DNA of 64,000 nucleotides from Macrostomum hystrix (GCA_950097015.1 CATNEN010000029.1:1364001-1428000); one strand, 5' to 3'; positions 37,140-50,730 are shown, counted from the stretch's first letter. The notes: generated from the sequence alone by a model not told the origin. Program-made: numbers and translations.

Positions 37140-37730
37140 GTTGGAGGGAGAGGAAGAGGGAGAGGAAGAGTGAGAGGGTGTGGGAGAGGGAGAGGTTGTG
37201 GGAGAGGAAGAGGGTGTGGGAGAGGAATAGGGTGTGGGAGAGGATGAGGTTGTGGGAGAGAAAGAGGGTGTGGGAGAGGAAGAGGGTGTGGGATAGGGAG
37301 AGGGTGTGGGATAGGGAGAGGGTGTGGGAGAGGGAGAGGGTGTGGGAGAGGGAGAGGGTGTGGGAGAGGGAGAGGGTGTGGGATAGGGAGAGGGTGTGGG
37401 AGAGGGAGAGGGTGTGGGATAGGGAGAGGGTGTGGGATAGGGAGAGGGTGTGGGATAGGGAGAGGGTGTGGGAGAGGGAGAGGGTGTGGGAGAGGGAGAG
37501 GGTGTGGGATAGGGAGAGGGTGTGGGAGAGGAAGAGGATGTGGGAGAGGAAGAGGGTGTGGGAGAGGAAGAGGATGTGGGAGAGGAAGAGGATGTGGGAG
37601 AGGAAGAGGGTGTGGGATAGGGAGAGGATGTGGGAGAGGAAGAAGGTGTGGGAGATGAAGAGGGTGTGGGAGAGGAAGAGGGTGTGGGATAGGGAGAGGG
37701 TGTGGGAGAGGAAGAGGTTGTGGGAGAGAA
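37140..37730. repeat. 18-bp purine-rich minisatellite (gagagggtgtgggagagg)n, ~32 copies
   Basis: The period of 18 gives WERERV / LSHTLS repeat ORFs. Confidence 0.93.
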
Positions 37731-38399
37731 AGACGATTAACAAATAGAACAGACGGAGTAGAGGAGGGACTGGGACAGGGTGAGAGTGTGGCAGTTGGTG
37801 AGGAAGAGGCACAAAGAGTGAGATGGAGAGAAAGTGGAAGAGAATGGAAGAGTCTGAAGAGTTAGGTATGAGTTTGAAGAGAATAGTGAGATGAGAATGA
37901 TCAGCTAAGAGAATATTCTTTGGAGAGGCAAGACAGAGAACCAGAGAGACAGTGGGTGTGAGGCAGCGGTCGATTTAGTGAGAAGCGGATTGGCTGCTCG
38001 ACCAGGGAGGGAGGAGTGCCGCCGCGAGTTCTTGGAGTCCCCAGACACCTGATAGGATCCAGCAGTCGCTAGGGGAGAGTTGATGAGGATTTTGTGTTAG
38101 ACTGGAACAGTTTTATACACGAGTGATAGATTGTCATAGACTGCCTGCTCAAGCTATTAGGACTAGAGCATTTTATTTGAGAATCTGTGTCGTTCAGGAC
38201 CTTCTTGCAAAGGTAGGGCTTGGCAGTTTATACTCATTTAAGCTGTGGTGTACTTTAACGGACAATTTTTAGAGATAATCGCTTTTCGTTAAACATAATG
38301 CTTTCACAGACAAACCGTTGCAATAATTCCATGCATCATTGGATTAGCGAGAAAAAAGGATTAAAAGATGGACTAGACGGATTAAAAAAAGAGTTAAAC

Positions 38400-38590
38400 G
38401 GATTAACGCATAGAAAAGTCGGATTAACAGATAGATAGACAGAGTAAAATACAAATTAAATGGATTAACGCATAGACAAGTCGGATTAACAGATAGATAG
38501 ACAGAGGAAAATACTAATTAAATGGATTAACAGATAGACAAGTTGGATTAACAGATAGATAGACAGAGTAAAGGGTAAATTAAATGGATT
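38400..38590. repeat. Imperfect ~60-bp tandem repeat (ggattaacagatagatagacagagtaaaatacaaattaaat...), ~3 copies
   Basis: Recurring ggattaacagatagatagacagag and aattaaatggatta blocks. Confidence 0.75.
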
Positions 38591-39585
38591 AGCGCAAATT
38601 GCTAACACGTGGCAACTCCGCCAGACGATAAGAATGAGCCGTGGAAGAGTCAAGCCAGACGCTTAGCAACGCTTTGTCTGCAATTAATCTATAAAAAGCC
38701 GGGAAATTTTAACACCGGATTTTGACTAGTTGCCCAAACAAAAGATAAGGGATTTCCACATTGTTTGATGGGAGAATTGCACACTATGCCAGGGAGCTAG
38801 ACTGGTTAACATAAAGATACAGTGGAATACTGGACTAACTAGACATGCAATCATTCGTGGAGAAATAGGAGTATTTTGAAATGTATATTCTTAGAAACCC
38901 TGGTTTTTTTAATATATATTCTAAAAAATTAACATTAACTAGTAAATCCCACTTTTTAAAAGTCCCCTTTTTCTCAGCAATCCCGTTTCTTAGAAACACT
39001 GATTCTTAGAAATCTAGACCCGATTCTCCGAGTTCCTGATAATCACTGATTCAGACAAATCTTAACTCTTTGAAATCCAGGCCTTAGAAGATTAATGAAT
39101 GAAACTGCCGGATTAAACTAAAATGGGATCACTATACAATAGCCCATGTTGTGCAAAGAGCTAATCCGTTGCAGTTAATAATGGGGATTTTTTATTAGAC
39201 TTTCTGGAGCATTAGCCGGGCCTGGTAGCTAGGGCAGCTAAAGACAATGAGCCGATCGTTTAAATAGTGAGAACTACTCTGCCTGAGACCAGGCACCCAA
39301 ACGAATCCTGATGCTGCTTAAAACAATGGCTTCATTTGGCCTACTATTTCACGGACTAAAAAGGAATGTTTACATTTCATTTCTACTAGTGATTTATTTA
39401 TTTACACAGCAGGCATTGTCTGTAATCAGTGATTTCCTTTGTTGTCCATTGTTCAAAACTGAGGTTTTGTTGCTGAACGATGGTTCGTATCTATCAGTCT
39501 CTATGCTGAATTGTGTACGGGAATCCTGTCCCTGATGCCTACATGGCTTTTTATCTAAAACAACAGGTCCGTTGTTTTACCTAGA

Positions 39586-40140
39586 GTTCTACTCTAGCAA
39601 CCTGTAGTCTACCCTAGCAACCTAGAGTCTACCCTAGCAACCTAGAATCTTCCATAGCACCCTAAAATCTCCCCAAGCACCCTAGAATCTTCCATAGCAC
39701 CCTAAAATCTTCCCTAGCACCCTAGAAGCTTCCCTAGCACCCTAGAATATCCCCAAGCACCCTATAATCTCCCCAAGCACCCTAGAATCTTCCATAGCAC
39801 CCTAGAATCTTCCCAAGCACCCTAAAATCTTCCCTAGCACCCTAGAATCTTCCCTAGCACCCTAGAATCTCCCCAAGCACCCTAGAATCTTCCCTAGCAC
39901 CCTAGAATCTCCCCTAGCACCCTAGAATCTCCCCTAGCACCCTAGAATCTCCCTAGCACCCTAGAATCTCCCCAAGCACCCTAGAATCTTCCCTAGCACC
40001 CTAGAATCTCCCCTAGCACCCTAGAATCTCCCCTAGCACCCTAGAATCTCCCCTAGCACCCTAGAATCTCCCCTAGCACCCTAGAATCTCCCCTAGCACC
40101 CTAGAATCTTCCCTAGCACCCTAGAATCTCCCCTAGCAGC
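39586..40140. repeat. 20-bp minisatellite (ccctagcaccctagaatctc)n, ~27 copies
   Basis: Period read directly. Confidence 0.95.
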
Positions 40141-40802
40141 CTATGATATACCGAAAAGAAATTTTCAGTACAGGTTGAAAGTTTATTTTCTGTATCCCAG
40201 AGGTGCACCGGCCGCTTTGAGTCTGCGGCTTATTTTCGTGTCCAGAAAAGGCGTTTCCTCAGAAGCGCGGCTTTCGTACTTGATTTTAGTATCCAATTTC
40301 TTCAAGTTCAAAATACTTCGCTAGGCATTCTTGAAGCCGCAGAGAAGGGACGACGTGGCTTTTGGGCGTGGTACTTTTACCAACCCAGGCTGGCCAATGA
40401 GCTCAGGAATCAATACCCGTCTGCGCTTCGCCTTATGCTAAAGAGTAGCTGCCGGCCGATAGAAGTGCTTTTGGCAACTGCGAACTAGTCGAAGGATACC
40501 ACGGGGCATAATCTGCAAATGGGTCCCTGCTTAGTACCACAGCCTGATCGATACCCAGAGCAAAAGTAAGTTTGAAACGGCAGGAAAAAATCGGTTAGAG
40601 TGAGAGACTCTCCGGCTAAACCCGGAAACTGCAGCCCCGAGGGTTTCTAGGAATCCAGATTCAGGTGACAAACTTATTTTGCTCTAAGCAGGTATAAACC
40701 GTAGTGGCATTTAATCGTCTATTTACTAATTCTATCTATATATTACTTGCAGGTGATACTTTATCGGTTAACGAAACGATTGCATATACAATCAGTACAA
40801 AT

Positions 40803-41365
40803 CTGAAATCCCATCTAGCTACTGAAATCCCATCTAGCTACTGAAATCCCACATAGCTACTGAAATCCCATCTAGCTACTGAAATCCCATCTAGCTACTG
40901 AAATCCCATCTTGCTAATGAAATACCATCTAGCTACTGAAATCCCATCTAGCTACTGAAATCGCATCTAGCTACTGAAATCCCATCTAGCTACTGAAATC
41001 CCATCTAGCTACTGAAATCCCATCTAGCTACTGAAATCCCAGATAGCTACTGAAATCCCATCTAGCTACTGAAATCCCATCTAGCTACTGAAATCCCATC
41101 TTGCTAATGAAATTCCATCTAGCTACTGAAATCCCATCTAGCTACTGAAATCCCAGATAGCTACTGAAATCCCATCTAGCTACTGAAATCCCATCTAGCT
41201 ACTGAAATCCCATCTTGCTAATGAAATTCCATCTAGCTACTGAAATCCCATCTAGCTACTGAAATCCCAGATAGCTACTGAAGTCCCATGTTGCTACTGA
41301 AATCCCATCTTGCTAATGAAATCCCATCTAGCTAATGAAATACCATCTAGCTACTGAAATCCCAA
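40803..41365. repeat. 19-bp minisatellite (ctgaaatcccatctagcta)n, ~29 copies
   Basis: tgaaa occurs at 40804, 40823, 40842, 40861, ... Confidence 0.95.
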
Positions 41366-42887
41366 AAACCTACCAAATCCCAACTTGTCAAATTGCTAAC
41401 TTGCATCCGAAATCCTAAATCAGCAACGAAATCCCCAATGCGCTGAATTTCTAACGCAAAGAAATCCCTACTCAGTGAAATCCCGGCTCCTCAAGTACTT
41501 TCATTACATACGCAGATCAACGTTTGTATAGAAAAGAGATTTATAATCAAATACAAATTGCCGCCGTTCTCTTAGAGTTCTCAAATAGGATCCTGATGGA
41601 TTAGGCTTCTTGAGAAGAACGCCGAGTTCAGTTTTTTTCCAGGAAACCAGTTTAGACATCTGTATTCTGGTCCGAAAGGGTAGAAACCAGGGTGTGAATT
41701 AGTTAGAGGATTAGGGGCTAACGCTCGGTTTATGGACACAGATATGACGACCGCTGGGGGACTGACTGGCAGGCATACATGCCAACAGACCTTCTCTTCG
41801 TCAGAAGGACAAGGCCCAACACGCCACAGGAGAAAGTTTTGGGAAGAGTGACAGAGACAGGCTACAAAAAGCAGCATTATCAGCTGCTGGGTTGCCCAGT
41901 TCGGGTCTATGGAAGATTGGAAGGCTAAAAAGGGAAAATAAGAGGGTGAAAGACAGAGGGCAATGGATAGAGGCGAGAGACAGGGGAACATGTGATGGGA
42001 TTTGGGGAGGTGTCAGTTGAGTATATGATTACTCATTGGCACATTTGTTGAATAGCTCACAGGTAACGCTATACCATAGCTCATAGCTAATAGCTCACAG
42101 GTCAGTCTATTTGTCCCAAAAAAATGCACAACGCACTCTCAGTGTAGCAGAATTAGTCTCAATTCAAACTAAATGAGTTCTGAGTTCCATCGCTGGCCGT
42201 GAAGCAGAGCGGACAGCCTGTAGAGAAAAAAATGCGACACGAAAAAAACTCCCTAGGGATGAGAGGGGCGCCGGTCTGTCCACATCGAAGTGAAACAAGA
42301 TTAAGCTGCTCGGTGGGGGGGGGTCCTCTGTCAGATGTTCAGGCCGGGAGATCGAAAACTCAAGCGCTTGGATGTGAAATGTGTCCCCTAGAACCAAAGT
42401 AACTGGTTCCGCGAATATTTTGCGTGACAATCAGGGGGCTGGGCCAGGCACAGAAATAGCTAGGCCGTTATCTAGCTAATGTCAGAGTCGGTTAAATGGG
42501 AAAACTATTGAGACCCATGTGTACTTCTACGGAATTCTGGCACTTCTACGGGCCACAGTCTGGGGGAGGCTGTCAAGCGAATCCACATTTCTACCACAGT
42601 AAGTCCTGGTACTTATCTGGATTCAAGATGTTTCTGAGTATCCAAGGCTAAGACGTACTACACGCGCGCATTATTCTATGGCCTAAACGAGTCCAGGAAT
42701 CACATCTCTCTTGTGCTTATACTAGTACCAAACCCTACAGCTTCGTCTATGGCCAATCTTCGAAGATAGCTATGAGCGGTACACAATTAAAACGCGACGC
42801 AATGATTAGGCCATAGAATAATGAAGAGTTAACAGTAGATTTTCTGCCCCCAAATTTATCCTACTTCTCCACAGGCCTTCTCCACAA

Positions 42888-44324
42888 ATGTCGGACGCTG
42901 GCCTCAACTGCACTGCCAACGCAATCGCCTTGGCATTCAACCGCATCAGTCTGCCGCTGATTGTCATCATCTCCGTGATCTCAATACTGTTGAATGTGTT
43001 CAACATACTGATCTTCAGCAAGAAGAAGATGATATCGCCAACTAACAGCATCCTGTTGGGCATAGCTGTCAGCGACCTCATCAAGGTTCTGATGTTCCTA
43101 GTGACGTCAGTTGTACCGCTTGACCAGATGAGCCACTGGTATGACTACCAGGTATTTTACCTGTTCTGCAACGTGGCCATGTACCTGATGCACGCCTTCG
43201 CGCTCTGGTGCGGCGTCCTGCTGGCCTTGTTCCGCTTCTTCTACCTGCGCTATTACGCATCGAGCAGGACCAAGGTGTGGTTCAGCCTGTCCCGTGCACG
43301 ACTGGCCGTCTGTCTCGCCTTCCTGGCCAACCTTGTAGCCGTGGCGCCCTACGCTGGCAGCCTGCAGATCATCGGCTATAACGACACTCACAATGTCACT
43401 GGCGAGGGCGGCCACGCGCGCATCATGTATAGCCCTAGTTTGGACACGCGGCACGAGTTCAAAATACGCCTATTCAACGGTCTGGCACAGAAGGTGCTGC
43501 CCTGCCTCATCATGACCTGCTTCTGCTTCTTCATCATCAAGAGCCTGCGTCAGACTGAGAAACGTCGCGAATCGCTCGTCAATCTCAACAGTCGGCATTC
43601 GAAGACGAGCGAAGCCAACCGCAGCTCCAGCAGCCGACGCTGCGAGAGCGTCACCAATTCCGACATCGAGACGGCGGCACCGCTGCCGTCGCCGTCTCCG
43701 CAGCACTCGCTAGCGCAGCTGCAGACGCCGCCGACGTCCACGCAAGGTCCGCGCTCGTCCAGAGGCTCGGCTAAGCGAAATTCTCGACGCGAGCGCCGGT
43801 CAAGAGATCACAGGCGTACCACTAGCTTCCTTCTGGTGATCATTATGCTGTACATCCTTTACGAGATCCCCATGAGCCTGCTGAACATCCTCGAGGATCC
43901 CATCTTCAACCTGCCTGGCGTGCAATGCTTCTTTCGCTACTTCATTCGCATGCTGAACACACTGGGCCTGATCAACAACTCGGTGAATTTCGTGCTTTAT
44001 TGCTTCATGAGCAAGCAGTTCCGCGAGGTGTTCAAGCACATGTTCGGGCTAGTCTGCTTCCTACAGCCGAAGGCCAATACCAGTTCGGCCAGGGCAGCAG
44101 CTTCCGGCGTCGCTGGCGCCTCGGTCGGCATCGATCGGCCCAAGCGAAGACGCCGCGGCACCGACAACAGCTCGCGTAGCGGCGGCGGCGGTGGTCGAGG
44201 CGGCGGCGGCGGAGGCGGCGGACTGATACCGTTGACGTCGGCGTCCTTCCGCTCCGTCGGAGACGATGATCGGTCTCGTTTCAGCGTGTCCGAAGGTCCC
44301 AGCAACGCATTCTACGATCCGTGA
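42888..44324 (+). CDS. Intronless rhodopsin-class neuropeptide GPCR, srw/FMRFamide-myosuppressin (dmsr)-like, 478 aa
   Basis: Seven hydrophobic segments. Motifs: ISPTNSILLGIAVSDL (TM2), LALFRF in place of DRY, QKVLPCLIM (TM5), LYEIP (TM6), NNSVNFVLYCFMSKQFR (TM7/H8). There is an N-terminal NCT sequon and a long Ser/Arg-rich ICL3. Confidence 0.9.
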   Translation: MSDAGLNCTANAIALAFNRISLPLIVIISVISILLNVFNILIFSKKKMISPTNSILLGIAVSDLIKVLMFLVTSVVPLDQMSHWYDYQVFYLFCNVAMYLMHAFALWCGVLLALFRFFYLRYYASSRTKVWFSLSRARLAVCLAFLANLVAVAPYAGSLQIIGYNDTHNVTGEGGHARIMYSPSLDTRHEFKIRLFNGLAQKVLPCLIMTCFCFFIIKSLRQTEKRRESLVNLNSRHSKTSEANRSSSSRRCESVTNSDIETAAPLPSPSPQHSLAQLQTPPTSTQGPRSSRGSAKRNSRRERRSRDHRRTTSFLLVIIMLYILYEIPMSLLNILEDPIFNLPGVQCFFRYFIRMLNTLGLINNSVNFVLYCFMSKQFREVFKHMFGLVCFLQPKANTSSARAAASGVAGASVGIDRPKRRRRGTDNSSRSGGGGGRGGGGGGGGLIPLTSASFRSVGDDDRSRFSVSEGPSNAFYDP

Positions 44325-45459
44325 GGCTCAGCCTAGCACCGAGCTGTACTGTCGAGAACTTCACAGTGCCATCTGCACCCATCCACGCCAGCTAGATAAG
44401 CTTCTCCTCAGGGTGGACTTGCAGCAGCTCACGGTCTTGCTCTACAGTCCCTGGGGAGGGCGGGCCGCATCTGCATAGAGTAGGAATTGCAATCAAAAGG
44501 GAGTAATTACTGCGGCCTAGGCCTTGAATTGGATTGAACATTTTCCGAGAAATTCAATTGCAGTCCCTAGCGCTACTGCAGCCGAGACCGATGTGGCACA
44601 AATTGAAATTGAAATGTTAAGAAAATGGCTCGAGTATGAGTAGAGAATGGAAGTGTAGGGAAGTGACTGCCTAAATTGTTCCATTATGAGTACTTAATTC
44701 CGCACAGCCTCACTGCACTTTCTGCATGCTAGTACTGTCAGTTAATGAAATCTGTAAAATACGATAGCCAAGCAAGGAGAAGTCTGTTTGAGTCCAATAT
44801 CCAAGTGGATTCAAGTTTCAATCCCCCAGCAACACGCAGCCACCTGTCAATTGATCAGGTTCGTATTGCGGGTCTTATGTCACGACTAGCAAAAATCCAT
44901 CAATCTGTATCGTGAGAGAGACAGTTGAACTGCCTGAAACGTGGAGGAAACGCACAGCTTACATCTGGGATTTATGCGCGAACCTAACAACCCATCCCCA
45001 CAATGCGTCTTGCACTTCTGAACAATTTAATCCAGTCTCGATATTTGCTATTATTTTTCATTCAAACTGTTACTCTCTACTTCATTTAATTTTTGTTCTC
45101 GTCGAAATTAGTGAATAACAGGCGACGCCATGCTTGCGTGCAGTTGGAAATATAAACAACAACCCGATACTAATTATGCTGCTGTTTAACACTGCTGTCT
45201 GGTTTGATTGATTTGAAAATACATTCACTGATATATACAGTCGCATATGTTGAAAAGGCTTCTGAATAATCAATTCAATTTCTAATCTATTGAGGATAAG
45301 ACTGCTTCCTGTAAGGCCCTGTTGTAAAGCTTAACCATTGTTTACATTTTTTCTTTTTAAGTAAGCGAAAAAGTTTCATTCAAAAAATTAAAAGGCAGAC
45401 TCTTTTCAATAAAAATTGCATTGCCTAGTAGAAAGAAGCAGAAAACACATTGTTACAAC

Positions 45460-45720
45460 CGGAGCATGAGCAGTAGCTCGTATCGCAGCATGAGTAGTAG
45501 TAGCTGGTATCGCAGTAGTAGGAGCAGTAGCTGGTATCGCAGTAGGAGCAGTAGCTGGTATCGCAGCAGGAGCAGTAGCTGGTATCGGAGCATGAGCAGT
45601 AGTAGGTGGTATCGCAGCATGAGCAGTAGTAGCTGGTATCGCAGCAGGAGCAGTAGCTGGTATCGCACCAGGAGCAGTAGCTGGGTATCGCAGCAGGCGC
45701 AGTAGTAGCTGGTATCGCTG
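45460..45720. repeat. 24/27-bp repeat (agcagtagctggtatcgcagcagg)n, ~10 copies
   Basis: Recurring agtagctggtatcgc. Confidence 0.88.
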
Positions 45721-45739
45721 CGAATTTTATCGCTAGATA

Positions 45740-46465
45740 AAAGCAGGAACATTATAGTGGGAATCGAAGCAGGAACAATTATAGCTAGAATCGAAGCAGG
45801 AGCATTATTGCTGGAATCGAAGCAGGAATAATTATAGCTAGAATCGAAGCAGGAACATTTATAGCTAGAATCGAAGCAGGAACAATTATAGCTAGAATCG
45901 AAGCAGGAGCATTATTGCTGGAATCGAAGCAGGAACATTTATAGCTAGAATCGAAGCAGGAACAATTATAGCTAGAATCGAAGCACGAGCATTATTGCTG
46001 GAATCGAAGCAGGAACATTTATAGCTAGAATCGAAGCAGGAACAATTATAGCTAGAATCGAAGCAGGAGCATTATTGCTGGAATCGAAGCAAGAAAATTT
46101 ATAGCTAGAATCGAAGCAGGAACACTAGTAGCTAGAATCGAAGCAGGAACACTAGTAGCTAGAATCGAAGCAGGAACATTAGTAGCTAGAATCGAATCAG
46201 GAACAATTATAGCTAGAATCGAAGCAGGAGCATTATTGCTGGAATCGAAGCAGGAACATTATTGCTGGAATCGAAGCAGGAACACTAGTAGCTAGAATCG
46301 AAGCAGGAACATTAGTAGCTAGAATCGAATCAGGAACAATTATAGCTAGAATCGAAGCAGGAGCATTATTGCTGGAATCGAAGCAGGAACATTATTGCTG
46401 GAATCGAAGCAGGAACATTATTGCTGGAATCGAAGCAAGAACATTATTGCTGGAATCGAAGCATG
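45740..46465. repeat. ~26/27-bp minisatellite (gaatcgaagcaggaacattatagcta)n, ~27 copies
   Basis: Recurring gaatcgaagcagga with alternating atagcta, attgctg and gtagcta variants. Confidence 0.93.
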
Positions 46466-48084
46466 AACTTTGGCTTTGATAGTATGCGAGTCCGTACTTT
46501 TCTGGAAAGGAAATTTGACCAATTATTTTGCTCGAACTGCGAATTCAGATAAGAAATTTTTGTTGACAGACAAACGAACTCAATAATTAATTCTCAAATT
46601 CACTGAAATAATTGCTGCATTGTACAGTCTAGACAGACATCAAGTAGTTAAGATCAAGAACAACTGAAGTTACATTGTGCGTTACAAGGACTGTACCCGT
46701 AGGATGGGCTTGAATGTAGGCTACCGTTTAGACTTCACACGGCTAATTATTACAGACAATGCCCAGTTCAAGGGAATCGCCAAACTGGATGGGACTAATC
46801 AATCAGTCAGTGTCGGCTACTGTGGGTCTTCGGAAACAGGACTATCAAAGAACAGGAATAGGAATATTTGAAGAACTAGGCTAGCATTTTAACAGCTCTA
46901 TACAGACAAACTAGTGTAATGACCTGATTGATCGTAGCGGGGCATGAATAGCACTGCATCTCGGCTATATGTGTACACCAACAACAGTAACAAGGCATCG
47001 ACCTTGGCAGCATATGTTAAACTAAGGCGCTTAGGTTGTTAACAGTAGGACTGCCAAGCCATTTAGCCGCACGTTTTTATACAAAGGGAAGATTTTTAAG
47101 CGCTGAAACTTTTTTGGCAGCACCCGAATGCTAACAGCGTTGGGTGGTGACTGATTGGCTGACAGACTAGGCGATGGTGTACTGTGGTTGAGCTGCGCCT
47201 AATATTTTGGCTTGATCTGTGAAATTGAAGAAATTCGCGTCAAGGTGTCCATAGTGGCCTATTTCCACCTGTTGAAGGTCCATGAAGCCCTTGAAGGTCC
47301 AGCAGCTCCGTCTAGATAAAGGTAGGTGACCACCGAAGACGGAGATGATGCAGGCACATTCGGGTGACATGCTGATAAATTTTGAAGGCCTGGCAAGGCC
47401 GCACTGAGGCGCAGTGCTAATTTGTGTCTAGGGGCATGAAACACACTAACGCTTATGGGAAAAATTCGACCTTCGGCCAGAATCATTGAATATCTCGACG
47501 GTCTATAGAGCTGGAGACTTGATTTAGTTTCAGAAGATGCGCTACAAAAAGCTGGCCCGTGTCCTGAGTTTCGTATGCTTGCGTTGCTCCGTTCGGGTGC
47601 AGCACAAACAATTGTCAGGGGGAATCTCCTCCTTGGTTACTGCTGTTAATAAGCTACAGTTAATAAAATACTAGCTAGCTTTAACAAAGCTAGGTTAAGG
47701 AGACAGGGCTAGACACGGGCAGGGGATTCACCTTAGCAATCCTGGTACATCATCACTTCGAGTCAAATTTCGCAACTGTAAGAAATATTTCTGGCGGAAG
47801 TGGAGGCAGCTTTGGGTGTGGCCGGAGTGAAAGGCTGCTAGCTGAGTAAATCAGAAACTGAGAGGAAGAGTATAGGCTTGAGTAGTCGGGCCAAGGACTC
47901 GACAATTATCTCCGAGCTCTTTTTCGGGCGAGCGAGGGATTGAGGAGTCAGCTATGTAAAGGGGATAACAGTTTGTAACTGGGGAGTTTCGTTCGCTTTC
48001 CTGAGATAGCGAAGAATTACTCAGCTGCTCAGCGGAGGGACAGAGCGGACTTGGAGACTGTGCCTTCTCACCCCGTAGTAGACC

Positions 48085-49290
48085 CTGTTGCAGCAGTGCC
48101 TTCTCATCCATAGACAATGTTGCAGCAGTACCATCCACCCCATAGACACTGTTGCAGCAGTACCATCCACCCCATAGACACTGTTGCAGCAGTGCCTTCT
48201 CATCCCATAGACACTGTTGCAGCAGTACCATCCACCCCATAGACACTGTTGCAGCAGTGCCTTCTCATCCCATAGACACTGTTGCAGCAGTGCCTTCTCA
48301 TCCCATAGACACTGTTGCAGCAGTACCTTCTCATCCCATAGACACTGTTGCAGCAGTGCCATCCACCCCATAGACACTGTTGCAGCAGTGCCATCCACTC
48401 CATAGACACTGTTGCAGCAGTGCCATCCACCCCATAGACACTGTTGCAGCAGTGCCATCCACCCCATAGACACTGTTGCAGCAGTGCCATCCACCCCATA
48501 GACACTGTTGCAGCAGTGCCATCCACCCCATAGACACTGTTGCAGCAGTGCCATCCACCCCATAGACACTGTTGCAGCAGTGCCATCCACCCCATAGACA
48601 CTGTTGCAGCAGTGCCATCCACCCCATAGACACTGTTGCAGCAGTACCATCCACCCCATAGACACTGTTGCAGCAGTACCATCCACCCCATAGACACTGT
48701 TGCAGCAGTGCCATCCTCCCCATAGACACTGGTGCAGCAGTGCCATCCACCCCATAGACACTGGTGCAGCAGTGCCATCCACCCCATAGACACTGTTGCA
48801 GCAGTGCCATCCACCCCATAGACACTGTTGCAGCAGTACCATCCACCCCATAGACACTGGTGCAGCAGTACCATCCACCCCATAGACACTGGTGCAGCAG
48901 TGCCATCCACCCCATAGACACTGGTGCAGCAGTGCCATCCACCCCATAGACACTGTTGCAGCAGTGCCATCCACCCCATAGACACTGTTGCAGCAGTACC
49001 ATCCACCCCATAGACACTGGTGCAGCAGTACCATCCACCCCATAGACACTGGTGCAGCAGTGCCATCCACCCCATAGACACTGTTGCAGCAGTGCCATCC
49101 ACCCCATAGACACTGTTGCAGCAGTGCCATCCACCCCATAGACACTGGTGCAGCAGTGCCATCCACCCCATAGACACTGTTGCAGCAGTGCCATCCACCC
49201 CATAGACACTGGTGCAGCAGTACCATCCACCCCATAGACACTGTTGCAGCAGTGCCATCCACCCCATAGACACTGGTGCAGCAGTGTCTT
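48085..49290. repeat. 32-bp minisatellite (catagacactgttgcagcagtgccatccaccc)n, ~37 copies
   Basis: The period of 32 is not a multiple of 3, so the same peptide rotates through three minus frames. Confidence 0.95.
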
Positions 49291-50019
49291 CTCACCCGAT
49301 ATGTACTGGTGCAGCATCGCAGCACCACCCATTCTATGCACGGATTGAGCACTGGCATTTACAAAAAGACAATATTTCTATTCTAGTGACTTCCAAAAAT
49401 GACTCGTGAGCCATATATAGATACCAGATGGCATTAATTTAGTACTTATTTAAGCTCAACCAAGCCTATGTAAAATAGATTCAATAAAAAGGCGACCAGC
49501 TGCGAGTTGTTTAACCTTTTTCTGTAGGTAAGGTATATTGGTTGAACAGTAAAAAAGTTATTTATGTCTCAGGTAAGGTCCATTCATGTTACATGCTAAG
49601 CTCATGTTGGCTCCACATTACGAGTATGGTCCTTCGGAAGCAATAAAGGCGCATGGAGACCAGAAAAAGTTTACTACCTAAATGGCAGTCGCGGTGGCAA
49701 AGGCTGAAATCATAAACTAATATACTATTAATATACTTCGTGTAATTTATATACTGCTTGTCGAATGGCACTAAAATACAAGCCAGATAAACCTGATTTG
49801 CTTTTTAGTATTATAAAAGCAAGCAAGATTTTCATTTTTAGTATATTAGATTTTTAATTAACATAAAATCCTAAAGGATTTTACCTTGCTTAAAGCATGC
49901 ACACCCGTGCTTACTAGAATAATAAAATAAAGTTGTAGGCCATTTTATTGCAACAATCAAAAGTAGGCAATTGTAAATTTCTGAGGATCTGAGTGAGTGC
50001 ATTGAGGAAGTTTTTATGA

Positions 50020-50730
50020 TTGAGGATCTGAGGAAATGGCTGCTCAAGCTGAGGATCTGAGGAAGTGGCTGCTCAAGCTGAGGATTTGAGGAAGTGGCTG
50101 CTCAAGCTGAGGATCTGAGGAAATGGCTGCTCAAGCTGAGGATCTGAGGAAATGGCTGCTCAAGCTGAGGATTTGAGGAAGTGGCTGCTCAAGCTGAGGA
50201 TCTGAGGAAATGACTGCTCAAGCTGAGGATCTGAGGAAATGGCTGCTCAAGCTGAGGATTTGAGGAAGTGGCTGCTCAAGCTGAGGATCTGAGGAAATGG
50301 CTGCTCAAGCTGAGGATCTGAGGAAGTGGCTGCTCAAGCTGAGGATCTGAGGAAATGGCTGCTCAAGCTGAGGATTTGAGGAAGTGGCTGCTCAAGCTGA
50401 GGATCTGAGGAAATGGCTGCTCAAGCTGAGGATCTGAGGAAATGGCTGCTCAAGCTGAGGATCTGAGGAAATGGCTGCTCAAGCTGAGGATCTGAGGAAG
50501 TGGCTGCTCAAGCTGAGGATCTGAGGAAGTGGCTGCTCAAGCTGAGGATCTGAGGAAGTGGCTGCTCAAGCTGAGGATCTGAGGAAGTGGCTGCTCAAGC
50601 TGAGGATCTGAGGAAATGGCTGCTCAAGCTGAGGATCTGAGGAAGTGGCTGCTCAAGCTGAGGATTTGAGGAAATGACTGCTCAAGCTGAGGATCTGAGG
50701 AAGTGGCTGCTCAAGCTGAGGATCTGATGA
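50020..50730. repeat. 29-bp minisatellite (gctgctcaagctgaggatctgaggaaatg)n, ~24 copies
   Basis: tgctcaag occurs at 50041 and 50070, and so on. Confidence 0.95.

Noticed and set aside
36772-37812. (LSHTLS)n and (WERERV)n ORFs
   Set aside because: They come from an 18-bp purine-rich minisatellite, and the flanking translations show no recognisable domain.
45421-45752. RS/SR-like (YRSRSSSW)n ORF
   Set aside because: It is a short tandem repeat with no ATG or splice context.
47851-49409. Cys/Trp-rich minus ORFs in three frames
   Set aside because: The 32-bp unit is not a multiple of 3, so the same peptide rotates through all frames.
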